DNA from: Chiloscyllium plagiosum
Taxonomy: Eukaryota
Direction: 5' to 3'
Assembly: GCF_004010195.1 (NCBI RefSeq)
Contig: NC_057757.1
Coordinates: 9,777,154 to 9,841,153 of the forward strand
Length of the DNA stretch: 64,000 bases
This document shows, in pieces, positions 12,385 through 26,659 of the stretch. Numbering within the stretch: the first letter of the stretch is position 1; every line of letters starts with the position of its first letter. Below the pieces are notes generated by a model. That model had not been told where the DNA came from. It was given only the letters and a program-made list of their open reading frames with translations, and searched no databases. The translations under genes and the position numbers were made by a program.

Positions 12385-12695
12385 GGTAAAAACAATGACT
12401 GCAGCTGCTGGAAACCAGATTCTGGATCAGTGGTGCTGGAATAGCACAGCAATTCAGGCAGCATCCGGGGACAGGCAAAATCGACGTTTCGGGCAAAAGC
12501 CCTTCATCAGGAATAAAGGCAGAGAGCCTGAAGCGTGGAGAGATAAGCTAGAGGAGGGTGGGGGTGGGGATAGAGTAGCATAGAGTACAATAGGTCAGTG
12601 GGGGAGGGGATGAAGGTGATAGGTCAGGGAGGAGAGGGTGGAGTGGATAGGTGGAAAAGGAGCTGGGCAGGTCGGACAAGTCCGGACAAGTCATG
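12385..12695 (-). mobile_element. Penelope-like 3' fragment with hammerhead motif
   Basis: Same family as 52954-53570. Minus strand reads CTGATGAAGGGCTTTTGCCCGAAACGTC. Confidence 0.85.
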
Positions 12696-13914
12696 ATGAC
12701 AACTACACTAACTAATACAAAACTCCTAGGCCCAGGAGGCACAGATCTTTACGGCAATGGGTCAAATCACCACGAAGTTTACGGAAAGTGAAATGTCAGT
12801 GAAATTTTATATATGCTGAGGGATCATTGAGCAGAAATGCATGTATTTGTCTAGGTCTCTTAGACAGTGGATAAATTACTTCAGGATGAAAATTACTTCA
12901 GCAATACTTTCTAAAAATTGATTAGAGGTTTAGGCAAATGGAAGCAGCAAACTTCCATTACTCTGCAAGATAATGCTAAGCATCTCTGTTTGGACACTAC
13001 CTGGAACATTTCTCGTCTTTCTAATCTCAGTTAGACAGTACAAAAACAGGGTCAATATCACCAGTGACCGAAAGAACTCGGAGTGAGTCACTGTTCCCAA
13101 GACAAATAGTAAACGAAGACTGCATGTGGATCCGTTAATCAAAGGAGTCAGAAGGGAAATCCATCCTAGTTTGTCTGTCAATGATAGTTTGGTAAAATTG
13201 GCAACAGATAGTTTTCCACAAAACTGTATGCCGGCAACTAGTTTCCATCTATTGAGACCATGAATCAAGATTGTCATCTGCATTTATGCCATTCTGTTGG
13301 CATTCCCTCAAACATCTACCATTTGGAATTTCTTCTGTACCAGAGAATTTCCTAATGGCGATGGTTCACATCCTAGAAAGGGAAACTGGGAATCATTTTC
13401 TAAATGGATGACATCCTAGTGAATCACAACTGAAGAAGGAACACAATCAGAGGGACAGGGTTGTGCGAAAGGCACAAGACCTTACACTAAATGAGCAACA
13501 TTAATTCTGTCGAATGCCGATTACATTTCTAGGACACAGTATCCCAGAGGAAGGAACCACAATTACTTCAGGAAGGCAAAGGGCCATGAGTGAATTTCTG
13601 GCTTGGGAATCCAATGGGAAAGTAAATCACCAATTTATCCAGCCTTGTTCAATCTGTAAGGGGATTTTTCACAAAACGGTGATGCATACTGTATGCAGTA
13701 CTCTGCTTTTGTGCTACCAGTGAGCTGTATCACTAAAGCATAACCTCCTCACCCCTTTATTCAACTCCCTCAAGATAAAAGAGAACATTCTATTAGCATT
13801 GCTCTAGAATTATTAACTATAGTTATTGCAAATGTATGTCCTGTCCATGGGACGAGGAACAGTTACCTTGGGGGATGCATTATCCAGGTGGTGTTATCTC
13901 TGGATTGTTAATTG

Positions 13915-14160
13915 TAGTGGGTTTGAATCCCACTACAACAGATGGTGGAATTTGAATTCAATAAAAACCTGAAATGATGACAATGAAGTCATTGTCAATT
14001 GTTGGAAAAACCCTGCTGGTTCACTAATGTCCTTTAGGGAGGGAAACTGCTGTTCTTAACTGCTGGGCCTGTGGTTGACTCTCAACTGCCCTCTGGCTAA
14101 TTAAGGATGGGCAACAATTGCTGGCCCAGCCAGTGATGCCCACATCCTCTGAATGAATTG
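13915..14160 (+). mobile_element. tRNA-derived SINE with L2-type tail, family not assigned
   Basis: B-box gggtttgaatccc, body ctggttcactaatgtcctttaggg, tail gatgggca...gatgcccacatcc...tgaatgaa. Confidence 0.6.
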
Positions 14161-14744
14161 TTCAAAAGCCCACAAAACCTATCTATTTCATTTAATGGAA
14201 ACTTAAAGAGGTGTAAGACCACAGAGAAGAAAGCATTAGCAGCTATCAGGGCTGTGAAAGGTTCACATGAAATTCTGGTTGAGATGGACCACAAGTTCCT
14301 GGGACTGAAAGAAACCTCAAAAATGCCTCAACACGTTATGACTAAGGATGATGAAATAACAATGATGGAATGAAGTTCCAGGCAAGGCACAATTAACAGT
14401 AAATACACACTCGAGAGCAGCGAGTGGGTCACATAGAAAAAGAAGATCGTATTGTTGTAGAAGGGCCAGTCTCTTATTCCAATAGCCAGCCGTGTCACCT
14501 GAGAGAAAACAGACAATCTCATTCAGTTCAAAATCTGACAAAGAGTGCACAAAGGTCAGATGATCCTGCCGGCATGGATGGTCAGAGTATAGTGCATGTG
14601 CTGGAAAGCTCCCCCCTCGACAATAGTGAGGGATTTATCAATGTACAACCATCAGTTAGTGATGCCAATGTTGATGTGGAGAGAAATCCTACAGAAACTG
14701 CAGAGGAGATAGAGTCATACAGTCATGAGTTGGAGGCAGATAAC

Positions 14745-14954
14745 AAGCAGTTAAGAGAAAGGAGGCTTACAGCTGTAAATAGTTGTTGTTCTAGTGTTCA
14801 CTTTTAGAGTTAAAGAATAAAATGACATTTTTTCTTTAAATAGGGGAAGTTGGGAGTTCTCTGTCACTCATACTTTAACAGATTACGAGGCGAGGTGAGA
14901 TTTTTTTGTGCGTTTGATTTAATTAACAGAAGGGTTCACAGCCGTGTCGTAACA
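14745..14954 (+). mobile_element. LTR 3' fragment
   Basis: AATAAA and an LTR-like terminus ...gtgtcgtaaca. Confidence 0.45.
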
Positions 14955-15382
14955 AAAGGCTCATGACAGAGTTGTTCAATTTTACAGGGAAGGTGCATTT
15001 AGTTCCTGTCAAGGATGTATTGATGGTATAAGACTTGATCCAAACCCCACAGCAACTTAGTGATTGGAGCATTGAAGGAAATCTTTGCAATGCATGATTT
15101 CCTGGAAGAATAAAGTTTGGACAATGGACATCAATTGGTGAAGAAGGATTTCAGGAAACTGACTTGAGAAGGAGGCAATGACCAGGTGACAGGCTCACCA
15201 CTCCACCCTCAGTGAGAGGAGAGGTGTGAAGAGCAGTCTAGACTCTGAAGATACTGGTGTAGAAAAGGTCAGACTGGGAGACAGTTCTACTCAGTTACCA
15301 AGCAACACCATTGAACAATGATAAACACCAGCAGACTCGTGAATGGAAGGATGTTCAAAATAGATGCTCCAGTTTTAAATCA

Positions 15383-15960
15383 TGTTATGGACCAGACCAG
15401 ATCCCCTCAAACCACTTTAAGAATGTAGCCCGAACCCTAAATTTTCTTGTTGTTTCAGGCAGATGTAAGGTGGATATCCCAGGGGTGATGCAGCCAGTCA
15501 AACAACACCGCTTCAAGTAAAATAGCATTTATTTACACACCACCAAGAAAGTACAAACAAAAGAAATCAGAATTTAAAACAACAATGTTTTGAAAACTCG
15601 ACTGACACAATATCCCCCACAACTTAACAAAGAGCTGTTCCAATCGCCTGCACCATCCCATAAACACAACCCTCAGCAAAAAGGTAAATACAAACACAGG
15701 TTCTTACTAGAAAGATGTCAAAGAAAGTGTGTGAGAGAGAGAGAGAGAGAGAGAACCGGCAGAGATCATTTGCTGAGGCATGGAACCCCTTTCCACTGCA
15801 GCTGTTTCTCTAGGTCCTCAACTAAAACTAATCCAGACTAGAGTAATCCCTGAACTGGGAGAACTGGCCACTCCCCTTTCATTGTACAACTGTTTTAAAA
15901 AATATCTTAAAGCCTTTTCCCTAATTGCTGCCTTAGACAGTATCTGTTAGCCATTAGCGA
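15383..15960 (-). mobile_element. LTR-like repeat
   Basis: Begins tgttatggaccagacc (minus-strand end ...CATAACA). Confidence 0.4.
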
Positions 15961-16004
15961 AGATCCCAAATCGCAGACAAATGAAATAACCATGGATAAC
16001 ATAA

Positions 16005-16970
16005 CCTTGGAGGTGCCGGTGTTGGACTTGGGTGGACAAAGTTAAAAATCACACAATAGCAGGTTATGGTCCAACAGGTTTATTTGGAAGCACTAGCTTT
16101 CAAAGCACTGCTCCTTCATCAGGTGGTTATGGAACAGGACCATAAGACACAGAATTTATAGCAAAATATTACAGGTGTCATGCAACTGAAATGACGTATT
16201 GAACAAACCTGGATTAAGTGAGGACTGCAGATGTTAGAGATCAGAGCTGAAAAATGTGTTGCTGGAAAAGCGCAGCAGGTCAGGCAGCATCCAAGGAGCA
16301 GGAGANNNNNNNNNNNNNNNNNNNNNNNNNNNNNNNNNNNNNNNNNNNNNNNNNNNNNNNNNNNNNNNNNNNNNNNNNNNNNNNNNNNNNNNNNNNNNNN
16401 NNNNNNNNNNNNNNNNNNNNNNNNNNNNNNNNNNNNNNNNNNNNNNNNNNNNNNNNNNNNNNNNNNNNNNNNNNNNNNNNNNNNNNNNNNNNNNNNNNNN
16501 NNNNNNNNNNNNNNNNNNNNNNNNNNNNNNNNNNNNNNNNNNNNNNNNNNNNNNNNCAATGTATAGGAGGTCACATCAGGTGCAGCGGATGCAGTAAATG
16601 ATGTGTGTGGAGGTGCAGGTGAATTTGTGGCAGATATGGAAGGATCCCTTGGGGCCTTGGAGGAAAGTGAGGGGGGAGGTGTGGGCGCAAGTTTAGCATT
16701 TCTTGTGGTTGCAGGGGAAGGTGCCAGGAGTGGAGGTTGGGTTGGTGAGGGGTGTCGCGGGAGGGAGTCGCGGAGCAAGTGGTCTTTCCGGAACGCTGAT
16801 AGGGGAGGGGAGGGAAATATATCCTTGGTGGTGGGATCTGTTTGGAGGTGGCGGAAATGACGAAAGATGATATGATGTATCTGGAGGTTGCTGGGTGGTA
16901 GGTGAGGACCAGTGGGGTTCTATCCTGGTGGCGATTGGAGGGGTGGGGTTCAAGGGTGGAGGAGCGGGAA
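16005..16970 (-). mobile_element. Penelope-like fragments of two families, spanning gap 16306-16556
   Basis: pLTR sequences and GIY-YIG-adjacent coding remnant (PGTFPCNHKKC, IYCIRCT). Confidence 0.85.
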
Positions 16971-17985
16971 GTCAGTCCACCTGGAGGTCAGTGACCAGTG
17001 GTGTCCTGCAGGGATCTGTTCTTGGGCCTTTGCTCTTTGTAGTTTTCGTAAATGACTTGGATGAAGAAGTGGAAGGGTAGGTTAGTAAGTTTGCCAATGA
17101 CTCAAAGGTCAGTGGTGTTGTAGATAGTGTCGGGAGCTGTTGCAGGCTACAACACGACATTGACAGGATGCAGAGCTGGGCTGAGAAGTGGCAGATGGAG
17201 TTCAACCTGGATAATTGTGAAGTGATTCATTTTGGAAGGTCGAATTTGAGTGCTGAATACAGGGTTAAAGACAAGATTCTTGGCAGTGTGGAGGAAGATC
17301 TTGGTGTCCATGTGCATAGATCCCTCAAAGTTGCCACCCAAGTTGATAGAGTTGTTAAGAAGATGTATGTATTTTGTCTTTCATTAACAGGAGGATTGAG
17401 TTTAAGAAATGCAACTGCAGCTCTATAAAACCCTGGTTAGACCACACTTGGAAAATTGTGTCCCGTTTTGGTCACCTCATTACAGGAAGGATGTAGATGC
17501 TTTAGAGAGGGTGCAGAGGAGATTTACCAGAATGCTGCCTGGATTGGAGGGCTTGTCTTATGAAGAGAGGTTGAGTGATTTCGGGCATTTCACACTGGAG
17601 AGAAGAAGGAAGAGAGGTGACTTGATAGATGTGTACAAGGTAATGAGAGGCATAAATAGATTAGATAGCCAGATACTTTTCCCCAGGGCAGAAATGGCTG
17701 TCATGAGGGGTCATAATTTTAAGGTGATTGGAGGAAGCTATAGGAGAGATGTCAGAGGTAGGTTCTTACGCAGAGAGTGGTGGGTGCGTGGAATGCATGG
17801 CCAGTGATGGTAGTAGAGTCAGAGACATTAGGGACATTTGAGCGAGTGCTTGACAAGCACATGAACAGCAGTAAATTGAGGGGTGTGTAGGTTAGATTGA
17901 TATTAGATTAAGATAAATGCTCGGCACAACATCGTTGGCCAAAGGGTCTGTACTGTACTGTTCTGTGTTCTATGCTCTATGTACA
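16970..17985 (+). mobile_element. CR1/HER1 LINE 3' part
   Basis: [14 protein letters not shown] and WAEKWQMEFN motifs, plus 3' tail. Confidence 0.95.
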
Positions 17986-18454
17986 TCCTCAGAGTTAGTG
18001 TCTTTATGGCAGTGCATTAAACTGAGGCCCTGTCTGCCTGTGAGATGGAGAGAGAAGATCTCCTAGCACTGAAGAAGACCATGGTGTTACACTGACTGAT
18101 CACAACCCCAAGTACTATTACAATTACTTACAATTTCAAAATGTATCATTTGAAGGAGGGCTGATTCAGAGAATAATATTTTCTGATGTAAATTAAGTGA
18201 CTGCGTGTTGAGGTAGACTGATGAAAGATCTAAAATGTCAAAGGTACTTCAAACATTGGACTTTGAAGAATGTACAAGAACATGGTCCAGGAGCAGACAA
18301 ATAAGATTAGTCTAGTTTGGGATTATGTTTGGCATGGACTGGTTGGACCGAAGGGTCTGTTTCTGTGCTGTGTGAAACTATGATTCTATGACTCTATAAC
18401 AGGAGTTAAAATTCATGTTCAACACCATTGAAGTAGACTAGTGGGACTGAAATC

Positions 18455-19263
18455 TGTCATGTGTAGCAGCTTGTGTTTAAACTATAGCGTGCTGTAGCAG
18501 TCAGTGGAAGAACTATCCTCTAGTCATCCCTGAGTTGCAGGTAAAGGGAGACCTTCTCTCATTCTGAGTACAGCAAACTGGTTATAAAGGAAACAGGACA
18601 ACAAAAGGGCTATTTCTCATTCTGAGTACTCAAATTTAATCACAGCTGAAAGGGATTAGAACTACAGAATCTCAACCAACCTACAAAACTAAGGATCATG
18701 GAACAAAGTATTCAACTACCAAAATCAATGCAATCAGTAATCTCCATGCTGACGGCCACAATATTTAACAATCTGCTCTTCACAAACTATTTTAGAGATT
18801 GATCTACATATTTGACTTTTTACATTTTATTTATCTTTTTGACTACTTCTGTACGTGTGTTGTGTTACAATTCTTCCCGTGTTTGGAAATAAATAAGCTC
18901 ATTATTGTTGTTAATTCAAGAAAACCTGATGAAGTTGGCTCCTTTTAAAATGTAGTTTTATTTTTTCTGGAAGAAGTTTATCCACAAGGGAAGGTATGAC
19001 TTGGAGGTGCCAGTGCTGGACTGGGGTGGACAAGGTTAAAATTCACACGGGTTTATTTGGAAGCACTAGCTTTTAAAGCACCGCTCCTTCATCAGGTGGT
19101 TGTGCTCAGGTCTATTTGAATTCACCTTGTTGCAAGCAGGTGAGATGCTTGGTGAACCAAGAAGGGGAGCTCTCCACATTCAGGAGATTAACATTTTTGG
19201 GGTATCCATTATGGTCAACAACGATAATGAACGGGGAACCTGAATTAGGACCTGGCCATAACA
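18455..19263 (+). mobile_element. Probable solo LTR with a nested Penelope fragment (about 19000-19100)
   Basis: TG start, aataaa, ...ggccataaca end. No TSD seen. Confidence 0.4.
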
Positions 19264-19389
19264 AGGAATGGTTCCTAGTTCCTCAGTCAATATTGGTTCT
19301 TCACCCAATATCACAAAAAGCAAATGAACTCATTGTTTGTGGGATCTTGCTGTGTACAAATTCTCTTGTGTTTCTTATCTTCTCACAGC

Positions 19390-20990
19390 ACACATATGAG
19401 GTTGAGGGGAGACTATACAGAGGCTTATAAAATCATGAAGGCTATAGATAAGGTTAATGGCAGGAGTCTTTTCCCCAGGGTGGAGGATTTCAAGACTAGG
19501 AATGTACTTTTAAGGTGAAAGGAAACATATTTTAAAAAGACATGAGGAGGCAACATTTTTACACAGAGAATAGTTCATGTATGGAATGAATTTGCAGAGG
19601 ATTCTGAGATAAGGTATACATGCATTTGGGAAGACAGGGTTTGATTAGGAATAGTCAGCATGGCTTTGCGCGTACAAGATCATGCCTCACAAATTTGTTC
19701 AAGGTCTTTGATGAAATGACCAGGAACGTTGATGAAACCAGGGCATTAGACATAGTATATATGGATTTTAGTAAGGCTTTGGTAAGGTTCCACATAGTAA
19801 ACTGCTCTGGAAGATTAGATTGCATGGAATTCAGGAGGAGCTGGCAAATTAGATACACAATTGGCTTGATGGTAGGAAGCAAAGGGTAATAATGGAAGGA
19901 TGCTTGTCAGACTGGAGGCCTGTGACTAGTAGAGTGCCTCAGGGGTCAGTACTGGGCCCATTGCTGTTTGTTATCTACATCAATGATTTGCTTGAGGACG
20001 TACAAGGTATGGTTAGTGAGTTTGCAGATGACACTAAAATAGACGGTATGATGGACAGTGAGAAAGTTATCAGAAATTATAGCAGGACCTTGATCAGCTG
20101 GGGAAGTGGGCTGGGAAATGGCAAATGGAGTTTAATGGAGGTCTTGCATTTTGAAAAGTCAAATTAAGGCAGGAGTTTCACAATGAATAGTACGGCCCTA
20201 AGAAATGTAGTGGAACAGAGGGACCTTAGAGTTCAGGTGCATGGTTCTCTGAAAGTGGAATCACAGATAGGGCAGTGAAGATGGCTTTGGCACACTGACC
20301 ATCATCAGTCAGGGCACTGAGTATAAAGTTGGGAAGTTATGTTGCGGTTGTACAGGACATTGGTGAGGCCGCACTTGGAGTATCGTGTTTACATTTGGTC
20401 ACCTTGCTGTAGGAAGGATGTTATTAAACTGGCAAGAGTGAAGAAGAGATTTACAAGGATGTTGCCAGGTCTCAACGGTCTGAGTTATAGGGAGAGGTTA
20501 GACAGGAAATTACTAGGAGTTTTTTTTTAAGAGTGTACGACACCAAGGGGGAGTCTTATGGAATTGTATATGAGCATGAGTGGCATGAATAGGGTGAATG
20601 CACTCAGTCTTTTTCCCAGGGTTGGGGAATCAATGAGCTGCCAGTGGAAGTGGTTGAGGTGGGTACATTAACAACATTTAAAAGGCAATTGGATAAACAC
20701 TTGGATATGGGCCAAGTGCAGGGGAATGGGGTTAGCGTTAATGGACATGTTGTTCGGCATGGACCAGTTTGGGGCAAAGGGCCTGACTCCATGCTCAGGA
20801 CTCTATGACTCTATTAGTAAGTGGTTGATGTGGGTCCAGTTACAACATTTAAATGACATTTGGATAAGTTCATGGTTAGAGAATGTTTGGAGTGATGTGG
20901 GCCAAGTGCAGGCAGGTGTGATTGGGATTATTGTAGGCAAAGACAGGATGGATCTAAGGCTCTGTTTCCATGCTGCATGACTCTATAAAT
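19390..20990 (+). mobile_element. CR1/HER1 LINE fragments
   Basis: [30 protein letters not shown] and multiple 3' tails. Confidence 0.9.
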
Positions 20991-22629
20991 CCTGAGATTG
21001 TGATGGGGACTCCACTAACATCAGTGTTTCCTTTATTGTTAATTATATTTCTGCTATTTGGGGCATGATTAGTTAGCCTGAACTAAAGAAGGCTTCGGTT
21101 CCTTTGTGGTACATATTATCTAAAGTGCTCACTCCCAGAATGGCTCCTGTATTTTAATGTAATTGTATGGAAATCATCTTTGGCAGTTGGTTCTCTCCCT
21201 GCCCAGAAGGCAGACGGAGCAATGCAGGCACTGTCCAGTAGGGGTGCAGTGACACCGCTGTATCATGGAGCTGAGTGAACACAGGACAAAGGCAATGAGA
21301 TGTGAAGCTGCCGCTCGCTAATAGCAGACTGTCAAAGCAGAGGGGGTGCTTTCTGTAGGAAATAAGCACCCACAGGCTGTGGACACACACAGATCCGACT
21401 GCACGTCCTTCCAACCAGCATCCCAGACAGGCTGCCCTCTTATAACCAGGAGTACCGCACAGTAAATGGCACTGACAATGGAGTAAGTGAATTAAATCTG
21501 ATCCTGTGGAATAATCTATTGATCCAGCAGGCTGGTGTGGGAGGGTAGGGGGTGGTGGAGTGGGTATATCACTGTACTGCTGTCTGTGGGCATTTCATTA
21601 AGAGAACTGAATATTGCACAGCCATGCATTAGCCTGGGTGTCTGCTTGTGAGGCTGCAGGCTTTTGTGGTTGCTAATTCAGCTGAGATTGCAATGTGCTC
21701 GCACCTATGTCTTTGAAGGACGATGGGACGTATTGTCTATTTATTTTGCATTCTGAAATGGGGAATGTAACAGTGCTTCCCAGTGAATCTCAACATGGCT
21801 GCACCAGCCTGAAACCCCTTGCAGTTTATACTCAGTATCAGTTGATACCTATGACTCTATCAGAGAAAATTCATTGTGCATCATTAAAAAGCAGAAAATG
21901 ATTATTGTGATGTACTATCCGTGCTGTATAATATGATGTTGTGACCATGAAGGACAGGGGCAGAAGATAGACAGAAAGTTATTTGGTCCTTACCTCTGAA
22001 TCCATGCTTCTGAGTGTCCTGAGGTTTTAGATTAACCATTTGTTTGTTGAATTATTTATTCATTGTACCTGAGTTAGCAGAGGATTCTTATTGGGATAGG
22101 ATTTCTGGCTGTGTTTCTGAACAAGCTTTATTTTGATAAAATCTGCAATTTGCTGAATGCTTGGCATTTTGAGATGGTGCTGTTAGAGATGTGCATTGGC
22201 GTTTACAAACCTCCCTTTTCCCCTTTGCTATCCCTCCCATGAAGTGGGGGTCCCTGTGGGCAGTGGGTTTGGGCCCTGTGTGTCGTCAGCTGTCAGAGAA
22301 ACACTGTGCCCAACCTGGATGAGGATCCTCCATGCCAGCCATTTCTGTCCATGCCAGTGAGCAGACAGTGAACTGGAGACTGGGAGAGATCTGGGTCACT
22401 TGGTTCCACAGAGAACCAGTCAGGAACTTGTCATTCTTACTGAGTGAGACCCTCTTCCCAATAAAGAGAATCGTTTTTCAATGTTCGCCCTGCTTTTCCT
22501 GCTGGCTGTTTCTGAGATAACAGTGTGACAAGAACACATCTCCTCTTTGTTGCTTTGCCCAACTGCTCAGTCACATGTGAGGCTCGACAGTAAGCAACTA
22601 CAAACTATTTGGAGATATTATTACAATTA

Positions 22630-23740
22630 ATACTCTCACATACACTCATATTTACTCTCTCACACACACATTCACACTCTAATATTCTCACACACACCCT
22701 TATACTCTCATACACACATTTACAGTCACACACACTCAAACTTATATACTCACGCTAGAAGAAAGTAAGGACTGCAGATGCTGGAGATCAGAGTTGAGAG
22801 TGTGGCGCTGGAAAAGCACAGCAGGTCAGGCAGCATCTGAGGAACAGGAGAATCGACGTTGCAGGCATAAGCCCTTCATCAGGATGACCTGCTGTATTTT
22901 CCAGCTCCACACTCTCGACACTTATATCCTAACACATACACACTCACTAGTACTCATAACTCACATTTACACTCACACACACTAATATTCTCACACACTC
23001 ACATTTAGACTCAAACACATACTCACACACACTAATACTCTCTCACACTCACATTTACACCCACACACTCAAACACACACTTATACTCTCACATACACTC
23101 ACGTTTACACTTGCACATACATTCATACTAATATTTTCACACACACTAATGCTCTCACACACATATTTACACACATGAATACTCACATATATTCACATTT
23201 ACACTCAAACACGTAATAATACTCACACACTCGCATTTACTCACACACACATTAATATCACACACACTCACATTTACTCACACACATTCACACTAATATT
23301 TTCACACATATGCACACTAATACTATCATACACTCACATGTGGTTTCACTACAAATTCACACGCACACAGACACTCCATAAACCTACTCTACATACACAC
23401 AGTCCAACTTACAAACAAAAAGATAGCCATATGCACTGTCACACACATTCATGAACACTCAAGTTCCCATAAACACACACACATGTACACACACACACTT
23501 GTTCACAGACTTACATGTGCTCTCTGACACACACACCCATACACACTAACGCACACATAAACACATACAGACATACACACCTACAAGTGCAAATTAACAG
23601 AATGGCATAACACGTATGTATGCACATACACACAGATGTATGCACTGTAGTATATACATGTAAATGCATGTTTACATATGAAAATACACATGCACACATA
23701 CACAAATTCATACACATGTATTCATACACACATATTTTAA
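22630..23740. repeat. Degenerate (CA)-rich simple repeat with a Penelope insert at about 22755-22920
   Basis: Visible CA/CT/TA low complexity. Confidence 0.9.
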
Positions 23741-24984
23741 CAGAAGTTACTATATAGCAAGTCCGAAAGTGAACTGATCTCTGTCTATCTAGCTCCTGGG
23801 CCCTAAGGCTAGCTGCCTACCCTGGCCTGCGAATGAATTGGCAGTGATTTGTGAGTGATCCTAGAACATAATGCAGCTGAGGTTCAGCAGTTAATTCGTG
23901 AAGCTAGTGGACATCACCCCAAACACTTCTCTCATAAAATGTTTATCTCTCCATTTTAGATAATGTGTAACACAAGCTTATGATCATGTACTCGGGAACA
24001 GTAACCCAGATTCCGTAATTGCTGTTATTATGCTACTTGTGACAAGATAGCACCACCTAAATGATGCCAAGTGGAAAATAAGACTCATGTGAAAAGGCAC
24101 TTAGAAAATACGATTCAAGAAGGCAAAGAGTGGAATAGGGGAGAGACAGAGTGATTCTTGAAATTAGAACTGAGGATCTGGTCAAAACTGTCAACTTTAC
24201 AGAGCAGTCTGTTCTGATACAATGTGATAATTCCGTTCCCGTGCAATCCTGCGTTATAAGAAAATCACGTAATAGCAGCACCATTTAAACAATGGGATTG
24301 GAATTGTGTTATAGCCAATGCAGGCAAAGAAGGTTTGTGTTCTTCAAATAATGGTCTAAATTCTTCAATTATGTTAACGTGAATTAGTGTCAAAGAAATG
24401 CACGTTATAGCAGAACCGACTTTACCTTGTTTCACCTTTCCGTAACAATAATTTGTTGCTGTTTTTGGTCTCATTTGGTCCAAAGATTGCATTTGGAATA
24501 TAGCCATTTGATACTGGTAGAATTCATACAACACAGGAGACCATTCAGCCTTTGTATCCATGCTGTACATTTGGTGGCTACAGCTTTCCTGACAACTTCA
24601 GACCAGAAAGTGGGGCCTTGAATTTCTGACTTCTCCTCTCAGGTCAAGGAGTGACCGCTCTAATAATTGGTTGGACCAAACTTCCAGATCGACCACCAAC
24701 TTAAACTTACTTTGAGTGAAAAAAACTTGATGTTGGGAAGGGAGAAGCTTTCATATTTCATGGAGAGAGCATCTATTTTGCCAAGTTGTTTAAAGGGCAG
24801 GTAGATATTCCACTGAGTGATCAGTAAGGGCTTTGTGCTGGGAGTGACCCCACCCCTTCTGGGCATGATCAAATCTTCGGAGAGAGGAAGTATTGATGAT
24901 AGAACAAGTAATTAACATTAGAAGGGAAACTGTCAAATGGCAAGTGATTTAATTCTTCTGGATCAAAAGGACAGGTTCATCTAT

Positions 24985-25205
24985 GGTGCAGTGGTAGTGT
25001 CCCTACCTCTGATTCAGGAGGCATGTGTTCAAGACCCATATACATTAAAGGTTTGTCATACCATGACCAAGCAGGTTGATTAAAAGCGCCTTCTGTGTAG
25101 AAAGGGGCTCTTGCAGTGCAGTGGTTGTGTCCCTATCTCTGAGCCAGGAGCCCAGGTTCAAGTCCTATCTGCTCCAGAGGTGTGTCATAACAGCTGTGAA
25201 CAGTT
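24985..25205 (+). mobile_element. Two tandem tRNA-derived SINE heads
   Basis: gtgcagtggt(a/t)gtgtcccta...gttcaag repeated at about 24985 and about 25115. Confidence 0.6.
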
Positions 25206-25734
25206 TTTTTAAAGAAATATCTTGATGAGATATAAAGGGGGGCTGACCGGGAGAGAGAACCGTTAGGCTGAAATGGTCAATAAACTCTCAACACAATGAA
25301 AATTCATGTCCTTTCTTTTCTGTTTGACCAGCCTGGTTAGGATCCACTAACAATGGAATGTGAACAGTCTGTCAGGACTATAGAAATGTTATTACTGTAC
25401 TTGTTCTATTTTCAGTTTAGCCATCACTTGTTTATGAAGGATATGGTCTCTCCACAGGCAGTAGTCTACTATTGGTTGCCATCTCTTGATACAATTCTCC
25501 AGCACTTGGTAGAGTCTCTAATGATTAATGGTGAGTCAGGGTGTCTTGTCAATGTAATCTGAGCATTCTCCAGTGTTCAGACAGCCTTGCAGTACAATAC
25601 AGTAATGGGTAAGGTATACAAAGATGACCAATAAGGATGAGATCTCACATTAGTCTCAGTTGTAGGTTGAGCTTCAGTGACACTATTGTGATGTTCCCAG
25701 CCCTGGCCTTGCTAAATTCTTTGCCATAAAGAAC

Positions 25735-25945
25735 AACATGCTGGAGAAACTCAGCATGTCTGTAGAGAGAGAGAAAAAAAACAGAGTTAACGTTTCAGGT
25801 CAATAACATTTGCATCATGAATTCTAACAAATAATCATCAATAGGAAACATGAACTGTTTCTCTCTGCACTGATGCTGTCAAATCTGCTGAGTTCTCAAG
25901 CACGTATTTGATTTTATTTCAGATTTCCAGCATCTGCAGTTTTTT
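25735..25945. mobile_element. Old palindromic Penelope-type repeat
   Basis: ctggagaaactcagca.../...tgctgagtt...ttccagcatctgcag. Relatives at about 655-760, 5290-5385 and 46380-46560. Confidence 0.65.
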
Positions 25946-26659
25946 TCTACTTGGCTCCAAGTTGTCTAGGTGTTAGTAAGTGGTGGGTGTCTCCGCAGGG
26001 GGCCACTTGTGTAATTAAGTACTGCATTTAACGTCCTGACTGTGAGAAAGAAAAGAACTTTCATTTCTTTAGCACCTTTTGCAGTCTTAAATTATTCCGA
26101 AACATGTCAGGAAGCACTTGAGAAGTGTAGTCACCTGTTCCATGACAATATCAAAGCAGGCAGCCAGTGTTTGCAGACTGAGTTCCCACAACACGATGAT
26201 GTGAAAATGACCAGATATTTTGCTTTAATGATGTTGATTGAGGGGGAAATATTGCACCAGTATACATGGGAGAGCTCCTTTGCTCCTCTTTGAATAATGC
26301 TCTGGGATCGATTATATCGAGGTGAGGGAGCAGATAGAATCATAATCATAGAATCCTGATAGTGCACACAGAGAATATTCAACACACTGAAGAACACGGT
26401 TTTAAAAACATTGTTTAAAACAGTGGTTAATCCACCAACACTGCAGATCCCTGGAAACTACAGGGGAATTTCTACCACAGCTAACCCACCTCCCCTGCAC
26501 ATCTATTTTCCCTGGAGTGTTGGAGGCTGAGGTTTATAAAATCATAAGGGATATACATAAGGCGAATAGCCAAGGTCTTTACCTCAGGGTAGGAGAGCCC
26601 AAAATTAGAGGGTATAGGTTTAGGATGAGAGGGGAGAGATTTAAAAGGGACCTAAGGGG

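Larger units (their letters stand above)
12780..15330 (+). mobile_element. Heavily decayed Gypsy pol (RT, RNase H, integrase remnants) with nested insertions
   Basis: Remnants MDDILV, FLGHSIPEEG, EKKALAA...EMDHK and VIGALKEIFA...DNG, with many stops and frameshifts. Confidence 0.7.

Noticed and set aside
14424..14807. 127-aa acidic ORF
   Set aside because: It crosses Gypsy remnant and LTR-fragment boundaries, so it is probably a transposon mosaic.
24057..24621. ORFs considered as the missing GPCR 7TM exon
   Set aside because: No TM2/TM3 (DRF/DRY) or TM7 motifs, and the frames are short.
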